A model generated the notes under the pieces. That model ran no database searches and was not told the DNA's origin. It saw only the letters and a program-made list of their open reading frames with translations. Of a DNA stretch of 64,000 nucleotides, positions 26,254 through 41,239 are shown one piece after another. Positions within the stretch are counted from its first letter, which is position 1; every line of letters begins with the position of its first letter. Origin of the DNA: Eledone cirrhosa (taxonomy: Eukaryota); NCBI GenBank assembly GCA_964016885.1, contig OZ024745.1, positions 30,070,001-30,134,000 of the forward strand. Direction: 5' to 3'. A program made the translations under genes and the position numbers.

Positions 26254-27012
26254 TTAAAACCCAGGAGAAGAAAAAGACAGCCCTGCAGCTTTTTTCCTAT
26301 CAAGCACGAGACCGAAGATTTGCCACATTGAATGTTGGAACAATGAGGTAAGGGCAGAGGGATTGTGGAAATGTTAGAGAGGTGAAAAGTAGATGTGTGC
26401 TGTGTGCAAGAAGTGGAGGGGAAGTTCAACCAGATTCATCACAGGCAAGGAACACAGGTTCAAATTCTTCTAGATGGGTGACAAAAGCAGGGTGGGCATA
26501 GTAGAAATACTCCTTGCTTAGAGATGGGTAGACTAGGTAATTGAGGTAGTTTGGGAGAGTGATAGAATAATTAAACTTAGACTAGTCCTGGGCAATACTA
26601 CAGCCACTATACTATCTACATATGCCCTGCAAGCTGGACATGCTGATGAACAAAATGATCATTTCTATGAGGCCCTCCTACAGATTACCTCAATGACAGA
26701 GGACTTTGATCTTATGATTGTAGTTGGAAACTTCAATTGACATGTTGGGAAACATCAGGATGGATTTCTTGTCATACACAGAGGCTATGGATATGGCACA
26801 AGAAAAGATGAATGAACTAGGCTTCTAGAGTTCTGTAATGTCTTCACTTAATGATCTGTAACACAAACTTCAAGAAACCAACCAATCACCTGATTACCTA
26901 CCAATCAGGGGACATACAAGTCAAGTAGACTTCATCCTCACCAGGTGACAAGACAAGACGTTGTAAATACCAAGTCTTTTCCTGGGGAGGAATGTACCTC
27001 ACAACATAGATT
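26254..27012 (+). mobile_element. Degenerate RTE APE-endonuclease fragment; paralog ~51077-51852; mostly deleted in unit 1
   Basis: Homologous to 32705-33400 (LNVGT, VDVCCVQE, GYGYG, ICNTNFKK, HLITY, EECTSQHRL). Confidence 0.75.
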
Positions 27013-27216
27013 GTCTTGGAAGGAGGGGGGGGGGGAGTGCAGCTGCCAGGAATGTGTGTGTGTGTGTGTGTGTGTGTAGGATGTGTGTGAAGTAGTAAAG
27101 TTGAGAATAACTGTTACGGAGAGCTAGTGGCAGGGTGGGGTGTACATTGTAAGGTAAAGTCTCTCTTTCTCTCTCTATATATACACACACAAATACATAA
27201 ATTATATTAAACATAC

Positions 27217-27267
27217 CTTCTTTATATGTCAGCACTCCTTTCCTTTCCAAACCAGCAATTAGTTTTT
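27217..27267 (-). CDS. Micro-exon B2, 51 nt, EKLIAGLERKGVLTYKE
   Basis: ttag|...|gtatgt, open frame. Confidence 0.85.
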
Positions 27268-28369
27268 CTAAAGATAAAACAACAAAACAACAATATCATT
27301 TGAAACGACATATTACATTGATTTCCCCACTTAACTTTATTATGTAAAAAAAATCTTTAAATATATTTTAAATCTGTGCTTCTCAATGTCTATTTCCTGC
27401 CAATATTCTATGATTTGTGTAGAAGTTTACCCAATTTTGGTGTAGTGCTTCCTGGATATCATTTCCTGCCCACCCTACTCTACTATTATACCTTACAGTA
27501 CCAGCTTGGTGGGTGGATTTTTTACATCCCCTTCCTCCCTGTGCACTCTTCACCACTATAGTATATGAAATTTTACTGGAAACATTATTTAGGGTACAAA
27601 AGACTTAGTGAAGGGTTGTGGCTACTACTGACACAGGTATGGGGGATGACTACATACATTTGTGGGACAAATAAACAACAGAATATAAAACATGTAAGAG
27701 CTTGACATGCATGTAAATCCCCAAAGACATCTTTGACAACTGTATCATGGAATGTATTAACACTATTGGATTTACCAAGCTCAAATCATATATGCACCAA
27801 CTCAGTAAGTCCCCAAGAAGAAATAGAGAAATTTTATGTGGATCTGTGAATAGTTTTGAAAAATGTAAAGATGGAAGATAAACCTGTAGTAATGGGTGAT
27901 ATGAATGCTTATATTACATGTGACTTGACTACATGGAGCAGCATAGGTCCTCATGGAATGGAAAAGTGTAAAAGCAGTGTATTTCTTCTGCAGATGTACC
28001 AAGAATTCGATCCTGTGATGGGAAACATGGGAACATCTGGCAACACTGATAATATGTTAAGAGGAATTTGAAGTGGTGTGAAAGAGAGAAGACTGCATTG
28101 GTATGGACAAGTGATGTGTATGGATGATGATTGCTGGGTGAAGAAGTGCCAGAAAATCTCAGTGGAAGGGAGCCACAGTAGAGGTAGACATAGGAAGACC
28201 TGGACATGGGCAGAGTTGGTGAGGACTGATCTTAAATCGCTGAGACTCACAGAGGTGATGAGAAAGGAATACAGCAAATGGAGAGATGATATGCTGATAA
28301 AGAACTGTCCAACCCATTCAAGCATGGAAAAATGGACGTGATGGTGATGATTAATTTTATTAAACATAC

Positions 28370-28420
28370 CTTCTTCAGTTAGTGGTAATCTTCCTACTTT
28401 TGCAGCAGCAAATAGTATTT
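28370..28420 (-). CDS. Micro-exon C2, 51 nt, EILFAAAKVGRLPLTEE
   Basis: ttag|...|gtatgt, open frame. Confidence 0.85.
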
Positions 28421-29714
28421 CTAATGAAAAAAGATAATAATGTCTTATATATCATTTGAAACAACATATTACATTGAGTTTCCCCCTTGTTTTATTATAT
28501 TATTGAGCTCAGAGTACAGAGAACTGGAATGAATACTGCAAAGCATTCTATTCAACATTCTAAAATCTCTGCCAATTTGACACCTATATATGTACGTATA
28601 TATATATTTATACATATGATAAAGTTGTGTATATATATATATTTATATATATATACATGATAAAGTTATATCTGTATAAATACTGTATTATGCTCCAACA
28701 TGTATAAATATATACACATATCTGATATGTAGGCATGTAAACATGCCAGAAAATACAAATTTCAAGATCCAATTGGACCCTCATCAAAAGGTGTGTTTAC
28801 CATCCAATCAACAAGAAAACATGCATTTGATGGGTGTATATACTCACTTGCTGTTAGTATTATTCAGAAATGGGTGTTCTAATGAGCATATAATTAGCAT
28901 TCATGCTGGTAATATATATATTAGGAAATGTGCTAGCAGCGGAAGTGTACAATAAAGTTATATCTGTATAAATACAGTATGTAACTGAGACTGCATCAAT
29001 ATAATAACTCCTACCCCCTCTCATTTTTATTTTTATTTTTATTTACAGTTTTTTCTTTTATTCTGTCTTTATTCTACTCTCCGAACTCTGTTATTGTTGA
29101 TGAAGGGCAAATGCCCAACACGTTGACTGTTTCACTCTCTTTTAAACATGAAACTAATAAGACATCGTTAATGCATCCTTTTGTTTGTTTTTGTATTCTT
29201 AATACATATATATATATAGTTAATTAATCAAATTAATTTCAGATTGGGTTGTTAAATGTTTTGAGGACCTTCTAAGCTGTTTCTAGCTTCATATGTCTTC
29301 TCATTAATAACTATCAAGCACATGCACAGAAAATTAGTTAGCAGTTGCTACTAAAGCTTGGGATTGGTGTGATATGGCAGGGTCTGTGCACATCTGTAAG
29401 TGTTATTGTTAGCCTTGGCGACCTTTGAATGACTGCGCCAATATTGCATGTGGGCACCTGATATGGAATTATTTGTTTGCTTATTTCAGTCAGTCTGACA
29501 CTAGCAATACATAACCACATAAACTCTTCTCCGACGTTCCTTCCATCTCCCCCAATGATGGATGAGAAAGTCAAAATATAGGGGCTAATAAGGTAACTTC
29601 ATCACTGGTTTTCATTTCATTTTACATTTCTTTTTCTTATTTCCTCCTGCATTGTAGAGGTTTCCCAAAACGACCATTTTTACTATTCGACAATGCTTCA
29701 AGCAAACTTAAACA

Positions 29715-29762
<48 letters not shown>

Positions 29763-29783
29763 TAAAAATTATATTAAACGTAC

Positions 29784-29834
29784 CTTCTTCAGTTGACAGC
29801 ATTCCTTCTTTTGTTGCAGCCATAATTAGAATTT
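29784..29834 (-). CDS. Micro-exon D2, 51 nt, EILIMAATKEGMLSTEE
   Basis: ttag|...|gtacgt, open frame. Confidence 0.85.
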
Positions 29835-30657
29835 CTAATGTTTGAAAAAAATTAACATAATGGCTTAAATATCATTTGAAACTGCATATCATACTGAGTT
29901 TTTCCCTTATTTTATTATATATATGGATGTATGGATGTATGGACTCATAATAATATCATAGTGCCCTACAGCATTTCTTAAGCATTTTGTTCAAACCTGG
30001 CAGAGCCCACCTTCTCTTCAGAATGAAATAAAGCCAATTTCTTCCAGAGTAAGAAAAGAGAGTGATAGAGAGGAAGTGAGAAAGAGACATACAGAAAATA
30101 TACACCAGTACTAAACTGATAGTAACTATAACTTTTTATTTGTATGGAACAATATCCCCATTTTTTTTCGCTATAATATATACACCCAGTCTCCACTGTA
30201 AAGTGGTTCAATGGGTGTCACGACAAAACACGCCCAGCCCAGACTGTAAAGCGGTCATGTAGGGGCCATGACCAAAAACACCCAGTCCAAACTGTAAAGT
30301 GGTCATGTAGGTGTCATGAGAAAAATCACCCAGTATGCTCTGTAAATGTGGTTGGCCTTAGGAAGGACATCAAGCCACAAAAAAAAAGAATAATCAGTTC
30401 AAAATCAGTTCAATGTCATCAAAACATGGTCCTCCAACCTGGATATCTCACAATAGGTCAGCATGTCCTACCCATGCTAGCATGACAATAGATGTTAAAC
30501 GATGATGATGATGATAATGATGATAATGATGATATAAACTATTAAAAATAGTTTATCAACACAGTTGCTTGCTAACATTTATAATAATATTTGTGTTTGT
30601 ACATAACATAAACCTCTTGGTTTCCTTTGTCTATTCTATGGAAACTCATGACACTGA

Positions 30658-30719
<62 letters not shown>

Positions 30720-31174
30720 ATTGGTAGAGCTGGTGCTATCCAGTTCTCAATCTAAGGAGAGAGAAATAGTGACATAACAAAAAACACCCAGCCGATTCTG
30801 TAAGATGCCAGAGTCATGATAAAATTCTCCCTGTACATGCCATAAACTGGATGACATTAAGAATGGCATTCAGCCATTTAAACCATGCCAGAATGGAATG
30901 TATGAGAGTCATCTGACCTTCCTAACCAGCCTGAGAAGGTGACAACTTGTCTAACCCATGTAAATATAGAAAAATAGACATAAAATGATAACGATAATAA
31001 TGATGAGGATATATATATACATGCATGTCTTCATGTTAACACATATCTGAAGAGCTTCCAATTCCAGAGTGATGTTCTATCGTTAATCGATTGTTCCTCG
31101 AGCTGTTCGACAGTGAAACATATGTGATATTTAATTAAATATAGGTATGATGCAACACTGATTCTTTGTTGCCT

Positions 31175-31206
<32 letters not shown>

Positions 31207-31208
<2 letters not shown>

Positions 31209-32030
31209 TTCAGGGAGCAAGAAATTCCGGGAGCTACTGCCACTGCTAGCTGCAATAGCCTTTTCCTTCAAAATGAAAGGCAGACTGTATGATGTGTGTA
31301 TACAAACAGCAGTGTTACATGGTAGTGAGGCCTGGGTGCTGTCTGTAGAAGACTTGTGTAGATTAGAAAGAAATGAAGCTTGCATGCTCCGATGGATGTG
31401 TAATAGTAATATAAGTTAATGGCAAAGCATAAACAAGAGAGAGACTGAGCCTAAGAGGAATCAAATGCTGTGTGCAGGAGAGGAGGTTGTGTTGGTATGG
31501 ACATGTGATGTGTATGAAGGATGACAGCTGCCTCAAAAGGTGGTGCAGATCACTAGAAGTCAATGGAAGCCGCGGAGTGGAGAGATGCAAGAAGACCTGT
31601 GATGAGGTTATGAAAGCCGACCTTACCCAGTTGCACCTCTCAAGGGTGATGGCACATGACTATGACCTCTGGTGTCACGCAGTAATATGGAAGACCCGAC
31701 TTCACACGGGTACAAGCCAAAGCTGAAGCAAGCATATAGACAATAAACCCCCACCCCCTCCCACTGCAAAGTGGTCGTAGAGGTGGCATGGCAAAAAAGC
31801 ACCCAGCCCACACTGTAAAGTGGACGTGTAGGTGCCACTGAAAAAAATCACCCAGCACTCACTCTAAATGAGGTTGGTGTAAGGAAGGGCATCCAGCTGT
31901 AGAAATCAAGCCAGAATCAGTTCCTGTATGAGCAAGACAAGGTCAGCCAACTAGACATTGCCCACAACAGGACAACCCATCTAACCCATGATAGCGTGGA
32001 AGAACAGACGTAAAATGGTGATGATGATGA
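31207..32030 (+). mobile_element. 5'-truncated RTE LINE with 3' UTR and (GAT)n tail
   Basis: KKFRELLP, KGRLY..C, RRLCWYGHV motifs. Confidence 0.8.
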
Positions 32031-32149
32031 TTATATATACATATATATATATATATATACATATATAGATATATATATATATACACATACATATATATAT
32101 ATACATACATATATCTATATTCATATATATATATATATATATACATACA

Positions 32150-35100
32150 TATATCTGGTATGGCTGTCTCCTTGGTATAATGTAATGTACACAAATATTT
32201 TCTCTCCATTCTCCTCTCCATTTTAATACATTAGTCCATTCATTCGCCATTCCCTATCATTTTTTCCAATCTTTGTCTTTCTCATCGATACAGTCGTATT
32301 TTTATTTTCCAAAACAATCTTGTATTTTTGTTTATGCTTGTTAAATTATGCCCCAAATACGGGGATCTTATTTATAACATTACCTTCTCGCTAACTACCC
32401 AACATCCCTCTCCCCCGCGCGCCATGCACACCATTATTACGTGGACCAATCATAAGTCAGAGGCCTATACTATCGCTTACCTGGTTGCCTTTCGATATGA
32501 TGGATGGACTACGGAATTCTGGAGAGTTGAAGAGAGAAAAATCTGGACGCTCAGCGACAATGCCAAAGATAAAGACAAATTCACCTCGTGGACGAGAATG
32601 CAAGCACTCCTCCTTGTTTCAGCCGCGGATGTCTAACATAACCCCCCCCCCCCCCCCCCGCGCCCCACCCTCCAAACGCAATCCAAAACTTCTGAGTTGG
32701 TACCTTGAATGTAGGCACCTTAAAGAGTCACTCTAACGAGGTTGTAGAAATGCTTGAACGTAAGGAGGTCGATGTTTGCTGTATTCAAGAGACCAGGTGG
32801 AGAGGAGGGTCTGCTAGATTCATCGTGGGTAAAGAACGATGCTATAAGCTTTTCTGGGTGGGAAATGACAATGGGCTGGGTGGAGTAGGAATCATGGTAG
32901 CAGAAAAGTGGGCAGATAAGATAATAGACATAAATAGAGTGAACGACAGAATAATTAAAATAAGATTTGTCCTCAATAGAACTACGGTGACAGTAATATC
33001 TGTGTACGCACCCCAATCTGGACTGCCCGGCGCTATAAAAGACAGATTCTATGAGACACTGATGCTCGCTACCTCCCAAATAACCGACAGTGACTATATA
33101 ATTATTGCAGGTGACCTAAATGGTCACGTTGGACAACATTGTGACGGCTATGACGGAATCCATGGAGGCTATGGGTTCGGTACTAGAAATGAGGAAGGCT
33201 CCAGAATCCTGGAATTCTGTGACGCAAATAACCTAACTATCTGTAACACTAACTTCAAAAAACGAGACAATCACTTAATCACCTATAGATCGGGGGAACA
33301 CACAAGCCAGGTAGATTATATCCTTACCAGAAGACGTGACAGAGTGTCTGTTGTAAACACTAAATCCCTCCCCCATGAAGAATGCACCTCCCAACATAGA
33401 CTGCTAATTAGCGACCTCATAGTCAGGACGAGACATACTAGACAACAGAAGAGGACTATCCTCAGGAGAAAAATATGGAAGCTAAAGGACCCCACAGCCA
33501 GAAATAAATTTCAAAGCATGTTACTTGATGCTTTCAACAGTAAGGAAGAGCAATTAGAGTCGTATAATATAGAGGAACAGTGGGAATTCCTGAAATCAAA
33601 CCTGCGGCGGCAGACGAAGTCTGTGGCTGGAGCAGGCCTGTAGGTAGGAGGAGAGTAACATGGTGGTGGAACAGTAAGGTGGAGGAGTCAATTAAGGCCA
33701 AAAAGCAGGCTTGGAAAGTATGGCGGGATGGGGGAAGTGAGAAGACTATCAAGTGGCCAGGAGGGAAGCTAGGAGACAAGTGTACTTCGCAAGAAGGGAA
33801 GCAGAGGAAAGAAAGTTCAAGCATGTTCTACAACATGAGGACCAAAAACGTGAGGTGTTCAGGATTGCTAGGCAATGTGTCAAGGAAAACCTTGATATTG
33901 TCGGGGAGAAGTGTGTACTTAATGATGATGGCATACTTGCCATCACTGACGCTGATAAGAAGGTAGCTTGGAAGTGTCACTACGAAAGGCTTCTAAATGA
34001 GGAGAATAAATGGGAGAAAGACAGTCTCCCCCACATCGACCCAATAGAGGGACCGGCAGTGTTAGTCGAAGGTAGTATAATAAGTAAGGCAATCAAAGAT
34101 ATGAAGATGGGTAAGGCGGCCGGGCCTTCGGAAATAGTTGCTGAGATGCTGAAAGCCTCTGGAACGGTGGGACACACCATGGTCACCCGGATAGTAAACC
34201 AAGTCATACAGAATGGGGTTGTTCCGAAGGACTGGCGTAGCATCATCATCATTAACTGTTACAAGGGTAAAGGAGATGCCCTAGATAGGAGTAACTATAG
34301 AGGCATTAAATTAATCAACCAGGTCATGAAGGTCACGGAAAAAGTAATAGCGCAACTAATCAGGGAGAGAATTGATCTAGATGAAATGCAGTTCGGTTTT
34401 GTGTCAGGCAAAAGTACCACAGACGCTCTTTTCATTGAACGACAACTACAGGAGAAGTACCTAGCTAAAAGTAAACCCCTATACTTAGCTTTTGTTGACT
34501 TGGAGAAAGCCTTCGATAGAATCCCCCGTTCCATTATCTGGTGGGCTCTTAGAAAACTAGGTGTTGACGAATGGCTTGTGAGAGCTATACAAGCCATGTA
34601 TAAAAAAAACAGTCAGCAAGGTTAGAATTAACAACGAATATAGTGAAGAGTTTAGTGTAAAAGTTGGTGTTCATCAAGGCTCTGTTCTTAGCCCCCTACT
34701 ATTTATTATTGCCCTTCAGGCTATAACAGTGGAGTTCAAGACCGGCTGCCCATGGTAACTCCTATACGCAGATGATCTAACGCTCATAGCTGAATCAATG
34801 GCCGAGCTAGAGAAGAAATTCCAAACATGGAAGCACGGCCTAGAATCAAAAGGCCTTAAAATTAACCTGGCTAAGACTAAAGTTCTAGTTTGTAGGAAAG
34901 AAAATAAGGCGCCGGTCCCTTCCGGGAAATGGCCATGCTCAGTGTGTAGGAAAGGCGTAGGTAGAAACTCCATTTTATGTCCCAAATGCAAAGTATGGGT
35001 GCATAAAAGATGTAGTGGGATCACAGGTAAGCTAACTAAGAACATAGATTTTACATGTGGCCGGTGCTCTGGTGCAATAAGTAGCAGCAAGTGCCCACAA

Positions 35101-36107
35101 AATACTAGCTCTTTCAATTGCGCAGAGGGTTCTATAGAAATAGTGGACAGCTTCTGTTACCTGGGTGACAAAATCAGCAGTGGGGGAGGGTGCTCTGAAA
35201 GTACAGTAGCCAGAGTCAGAACTGGATGGAAAAGTTCAGAGAGCTTATACCACTATTAGCCGCTAAAGGGTTCTCTCTAAAAATGAAAGGCAGGTTGTAT
35301 GATGCCTGCATACGAACAGCAATGTTGCATGACAGTGAGACCTGGCCATTGTGTGCAGAGGATATACGCAGACTAGAGAGGAACGAAGCTTGCATGCTCC
35401 GCTGGATGTCTAATACTAATATACGTGAACGGCAAAGCATAAACGAACTAAGGAAAAAATTAGAAATAAGAGGGATCAGATGTTGTTTACTCGAGAGAAG
35501 GCTACGTTAGTATGGTCACGTGATGCGCATGAAAGACGACAGCTGTATAACAAAGTGCAAGGCAATAAAGATAGACGGTAGCCACGGAGTAGGCAGACCC
35601 AGAAAAACCTGGGACGAGCTGATAAATTCCGACCTCACACACTTACACCTCTCCAAGACAATGTCACTGGACCGAGACCTTTGGCAGTACTCAGTAATAG
35701 AGAAGACCCGTCTTACCTAAATACAAAGTAAAACCTACTACAGCCAGTAGGCATCTCTAACAAAATACACCCCGTCCCACCCACCCCACCCCATCCACAC
35801 CGCCCCTTTCAATGTAAAGTTACGTTGGTGCCACAACATCCAGGCTGAAACAAATGAGATTGTGTAGGTGTCACGACAAAAAAACACACAGTCCACGCTG
35901 TAATGTGGCCGTGTAGGCAGCACGGGAAAAACCTCCCAGCCCCAAACTGTAAATGTGGTTGGGGTTAGGAAGGGCATCCAGCTGTAGAAAACCCGCCAGA
36001 CAGTCCTACGCGAGCAAGACAATCACTCTTGCCTCAAGTGGGAAACTCCCGTCCAAACCCATGCAAGCATGGAACACGGACGTTAAACGATGATGATGAT
36101 GATGATG
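32150..36107 (+). mobile_element. Near full-length RTE-clade LINE (APE endonuclease, RT, Cys-rich PHD-like finger), disabled by frameshifts and stops
   Basis: ORF pieces 32705-35720: NVGTL, QETRW, GDLNGH, QVDYIL, NYRGI, QFGF, FVDLEKAFD, GVHQG, YADD, CSVC..CPKC..WVHKRC; (GAT)n tail; flanking duplication ATATCTATATTCA(TA)n at 32111 and 36108. Confidence 0.93.
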
Positions 36108-36139
36108 ATATCTATATTCATATATATATATATATATAT

Positions 36140-36516
36140 CATCATCATCAATATCATCATCATTTTATGTCCGCTTTTCCCTGCTTGCAAGGGTGGGACG
36201 GGAACTGATTCTGGCTTGATTTCTACAGCTGGATGCCCTTCGTAACACCAACCTCATTTACAGTGAGTGCTGGGTGCTTTTTTACCGTGGCACCTACACA
36301 TCCACTTTACAGTGTGGGCTGGGTGCACCTCCATTCTTTGCAGTGGAATGAAAGGGACCCCAGTCCCTATCATCTCATTTCTACAGCTGAGTAAACTGGA
36401 GCAATGTGAAATAAAGTGTCTTGCTCAAGGAAACAACACATCACCTGGTCTGAGAATTGAACTCACAACCTTTCTATTGTAAGGCCAATACTCTAACCAC
36501 TAAGCCATGTGCCTCC
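36140..36516 (-). mobile_element. tRNA-derived SINE with RTE-like 3' tail; related copy at ~4258-4530
   Basis: Head TGGCTTAGTGGTTAG...GAGTTCAATTC (A/B boxes), central domain CCTTGAGCAAGACACTT, tail shared with the RTE 3' UTR. Confidence 0.75.
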
Positions 36517-36581
36517 TATATATATGTGTGTGTGTATACTTAAACATATATATAAATTATCTTAAAATATATCAAACATAC

Positions 36582-36629
36582 CTTCTTCTGGTGTTACCAC
36601 TCCTGTTTTCATAGCAGAAAGTAGTACAT
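36582..36629 (-). CDS. Micro-exon E2, 48 nt, DVLLSAMKTGVVTPEE
   Basis: acag|...|gtatgt, open frame. Confidence 0.85.
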
Positions 36630-38711
36630 CTGTTGATAAAAAAATTAACATAAAGGCTTACATATAATTTGAAACAGCATATTACATTGATGTTCACCCC
36701 CTCATTTTATCATATATATGTATGTATGGACACATACGTCCTAGTAGAATCATAGGGGTACTGTAGTGGTATATATTATTTCTTGGGCATTTCCTTTAAA
36801 CTTGGTAGAGCCCAGATGTGTAAAGTTGTGTGTACATGTCTTACACCCAGCACCAACACAGCTTTAGAAACCAGGCCCAGAGAAATGCTACAACACTTTC
36901 CAACTGCACATGGAACCTCTGCGACAATAACTCCATCTATGAACTGAAATGGAGTATCTTGTCCCAAGCTTAACCTTACACCATGGCCCACCAACATGCA
37001 GTTTATGCCCTGAAGAGACCATCCAAATTTTGTCTGCCAAGAAACAACTACTTAATAGAAAGAGCTAACTTGTTACTTTGTGCAAACACCAAACTTACAA
37101 GACCTACCATAATGACCCAGGTGTGTAAGACTATTTCCCACCCTTTATTACACACATCCACACAGGCACGTGTATCCCTGTAGGTGTACACAGTTCATGT
37201 GCACACACAACCATGATTCTACCGTAAAATCCACCAACAGTTTCCACAAAACCACACCGAGAATCAGTATCCAGATAAACACCCAACACATGTGCACACA
37301 CTTCCACACATGCACACTAGGACACATAGCACACATCTTTACATAATATTATAGAAACATGCTTATTTTTGAAGACAGATACACAAACATTTAGATATCA
37401 ACCAAAGCCAATCAGCACCCCCAACACCAACACTATACACATACACCCAGAAATAGGCTGGTATAACAACACCAATCTAACTGCTACACAACAACAACAC
37501 TCACTCAGGCACTCCATTACAGAAAAACAACAACCATTCATATGCGAACCAGGCCACATACACATGCATGCACTGAAATCATAAACTAACAAAAGTGCAC
37601 AACAAATACAAAATTTCAATACTACACTCTCTCTCTCTCACACATACATACCCTTACATGCTCATTGGCAGACACAGGCACACCCACATATACACATGCA
37701 CATACACACCTATGCCCTCACAACATTTCATAACACACACATGTCAACACTTGTCTTACACACCCCCTCAAGTACACATAACACTGAAATCCTTACCAAA
37801 ATAACAACACTCACACACACATATGCTCACATACACACACACTCAATTTTATACTGAATTTACTTATATTGAGAATAATTTACACATAAGTAACACTGCA
37901 GAACATATCAATAACAACAACATGCACTTACATACAAACACATGCATATGCAACCTTATATACAAACCTAATGTAGCTTTAGAACAATACACGTATACAT
38001 GCAAATACAAACATATGCCGGTAAAACAAAAGCACAAATATATTTTAGCTCAACACTCACCCCATACCCCACAACAAATACAACAAACACAGTGACAACA
38101 ACCCTACATCTCCAAAACAACAACAATCACAATACTGACAAGACAGTTAGTAGATATTTAATAAAATAAAAAAATGATAGGAAGGCCAGTGTTTTTGTTG
38201 ACATGGGTGTGGGCATACAAAATAAGTAACTGGGTATATGTGTGTGTAGTGTCTGCGTGTAGTTCTTCTAAAATCTCTGATCTCTCCAATGCACCTTTGG
38301 AAACTACCACACACACCCTCCAACTCAAGATGACATAGGGAAAACATACATTCTTTAACAATTGACAATTCTTCATCACTCCCAAACTACAATATGTCAA
38401 ACCGAAATACACATTGACAATGAAACATGCACACACACACACCCACACACACACAACCAATCCCTGAGAATACATAATGTATAAACAATTGATTATAGAC
38501 CCTCCAATAGACCCTACAATAATGACCTTCAAAGGGCCAATATCCCCTTCTTAACTACTTATCTACTTACTCCACATGACAATCATTTCAGGGCACACCC
38601 CTGATGAGAAGCTTATTCACAGCAGGGAGATATATCTCCCGTTTGGAAATTGCTGCTGAAACAGCAAGACATCAGACATTTGGCCCCAAGTCGCTAATAT
38701 ATATATATGTG

Positions 38712-38745
<34 letters not shown>

Positions 38746-38770
38746 GATATATAAATCATATTAAACATAC

Positions 38771-38818
38771 CTTTTTTAGTTGCCAGCACTTTAGCTTTTG
38801 CAGCAGTTAGTCTTATTT
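38771..38818 (-). CDS. Micro-exon F2, 48 nt, EIRLTAAKAKVLATKK
   Basis: tcag|...|gtatgt, open frame. Confidence 0.85.
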
Positions 38819-40059
38819 CTGATGTTAAAAAAATTAACAAAATGGCTTAAATATCATTTGACACAGCATATTGACATTTTCCCCAAATTTTATTATATTA
38901 TATATATATATGGACCCGAATCCCATCACTCCTCCAGATCTGAATAAAATTGATTTCTTCCAGAGTTAGAAAAGAGATTGATAAAGAGGAAGTGAGGAAA
39001 AGATATGGAGGAAAAATCAACCCCAGTTCTCGACAAATATTTTTTTTATCAACCTCGAAAGAACAAATGGCAAAGTTGAACTTGGTGGGATTTGAATTCA
39101 CAGCACAGAGAACCAAAACGAATCTTGCAAAGCAGTCTATCTGCCTTCTAACAACTCTGCCAATTTACTGCATATATTGTTTGCATATATTTAAAAAAAA
39201 GAAAGAATCTTTAAATACACTTTTCCATAGCTATTTTTACCTATTATCTATGATATATATATATATATATATATATATAGATAGATAGATAGATATACAC
39301 ACACACACTCTGTAAGGTCATAGTGCTGGTGCCATGAAAAAAGTACACTGTCCAATCTGTTAGAGATAAAACTGGTAACATGATGAAAACACCCAGCTGA
39401 TTCTGTAAGGTGGTACTGCCAGAGTCATTATAAAATACTCCCTGTGCAAGCAATGAATTGGATGACATTAGGAAGGGCATTCAGCCATAGAGACCATGCT
39501 AGAATGGAACGTATGAGCAGAAGAGAGTCATCTGACCTTCCTACCCAGCCACAGGATATGACAACAGGTCTGACACATACAAGCATGGAAAATAGATATA
39601 AAATGCTAATATAATAATTGTTTCTACTTTTGGCACAAGGCCAGAAATTATTTTCCAGGTATTACTGGTACTTTATTTTATCGACCCCATAAGGATGAAA
39701 GGTAAAGTTTACCTCGGCGGGATTTGAACTCAGATCATAAAGGTCCATAACTCTTTGCTGCAAAGCATGGTGTCCGACCCTTTACCGCTACTGCCAATCC
39801 ACTGCTAATATAATAATTGTTTCTACTTTTTTGGCACAAGGCCAGCAATTTTCCAGTACATTACTGGTACTTTATTTTATCGACCCCGTAAGGATGAAAG
39901 GCAAAGTGAACTTCGGTGGGATTTGAACTCAGACCGTAAAGTGACGTTTCTATGCTGGAAAGCATGGCGTCCGACTCTCTACCGATACTGCCAATCCACT
40001 GCTAATATAATAATGATGTATATATATATATATATTAATATAAAATATATTAAACATAC

Positions 40060-40110
40060 CGTCTGCATGTGTCCACACTTGTTCTTTTTTTGCAGCAACA
40101 AATATTATAT
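40060..40110 (-). CDS. Micro-exon G2, 51 nt, DIIFVAAKKEQVWTHAD
   Basis: ttag|...|gtatgt, open frame. Confidence 0.85.
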
Positions 40111-41239
40111 CTAATGTTGAAAAAATTAACAAAATGGCTTAAATATGATTAGAAACAACATATTACATTGACTTTCCCTTCCTCATATTGTAGCAATGCT
40201 ATAGTGGCACAGAATTTCTGGGGTATTTTGTTTAAAACTAGTGGAGCCTATCCCTTCTTCAGTTCTGAATATAGCATATTCTTCCAGAGAAGGAGAGAGA
40301 GCATGAGAGAAAGGAAGTAAAAAAGAGTTATAGAGGAAGAATCATACATATATATATATATATATATATATACGCTATAATATGGTAGTGCTGGTGACAT
40401 GTAAAAAGCATCCAGTCACTTTGTAAAGTGTGAGTTTTGGTACTATGACAAAAAAAACAAAACAAAACACCATGACTTTATTGTTCGGAGGTAGCAAAAA
40501 GCACCTAATTCAGTCTGTTAGATGGTACTGCCAGAGTCAAGATAAAATGCTACTGGTACATGTCGTTAACTAGTTGATATTAGGAAGGGCATCCAGCTTT
40601 AAAAACAATGCCAGAATCGACTGTCATCTGATCTTATTAACTAGTTACAGAAGGTGACAACAGATCTAATCCATATATGTATGGAAAATAATAATAATAT
40701 GATAATCTAAACTATAATAAAGTAAGGTCTGTGGGACTGCATACGATTTATTTCTTTTAATCCAGTTAGTAAAATAAGTTCGATTACTTTGAATAAATAA
40801 TGAATGAATATTACATAATTTATGTACTAAATTTCGTAAACATAAATAATTTCGTAAAAATAAATAATTTGAAATTGACTTCTTTTCAAAGTTGCACTTT
40901 CGCCATCAGCACCACTTCAACTACCATATATATAGAGAGAGTGTGTGATGAGAGAGATAGAGAGATTATGATTTTCTACATGCTGATGCGTATGAATGTA
41001 CACATACATACATCTATATGTATGAGTATATAACTATTATGAGTACTTAACTATAATTACGCAAACACAAACTTATAAAAATACACTCTCACGGACATAA
41101 TTCACACAAATACACATACATTCACACATACTTTCACACAGACATACATACATTCACACATATACATTTACACAAACACACACATATAGTCATGATAGTG
41201 TTCGGTGAATTAGAGATGGGAGGGTAAAACAAGTATAAC

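Noticed and set aside
32705-35720. Functional host genes in the long ORFs
   Set aside because: All long ORFs are retrotransposon endonuclease/RT pieces broken by frameshifts, stops or truncation.
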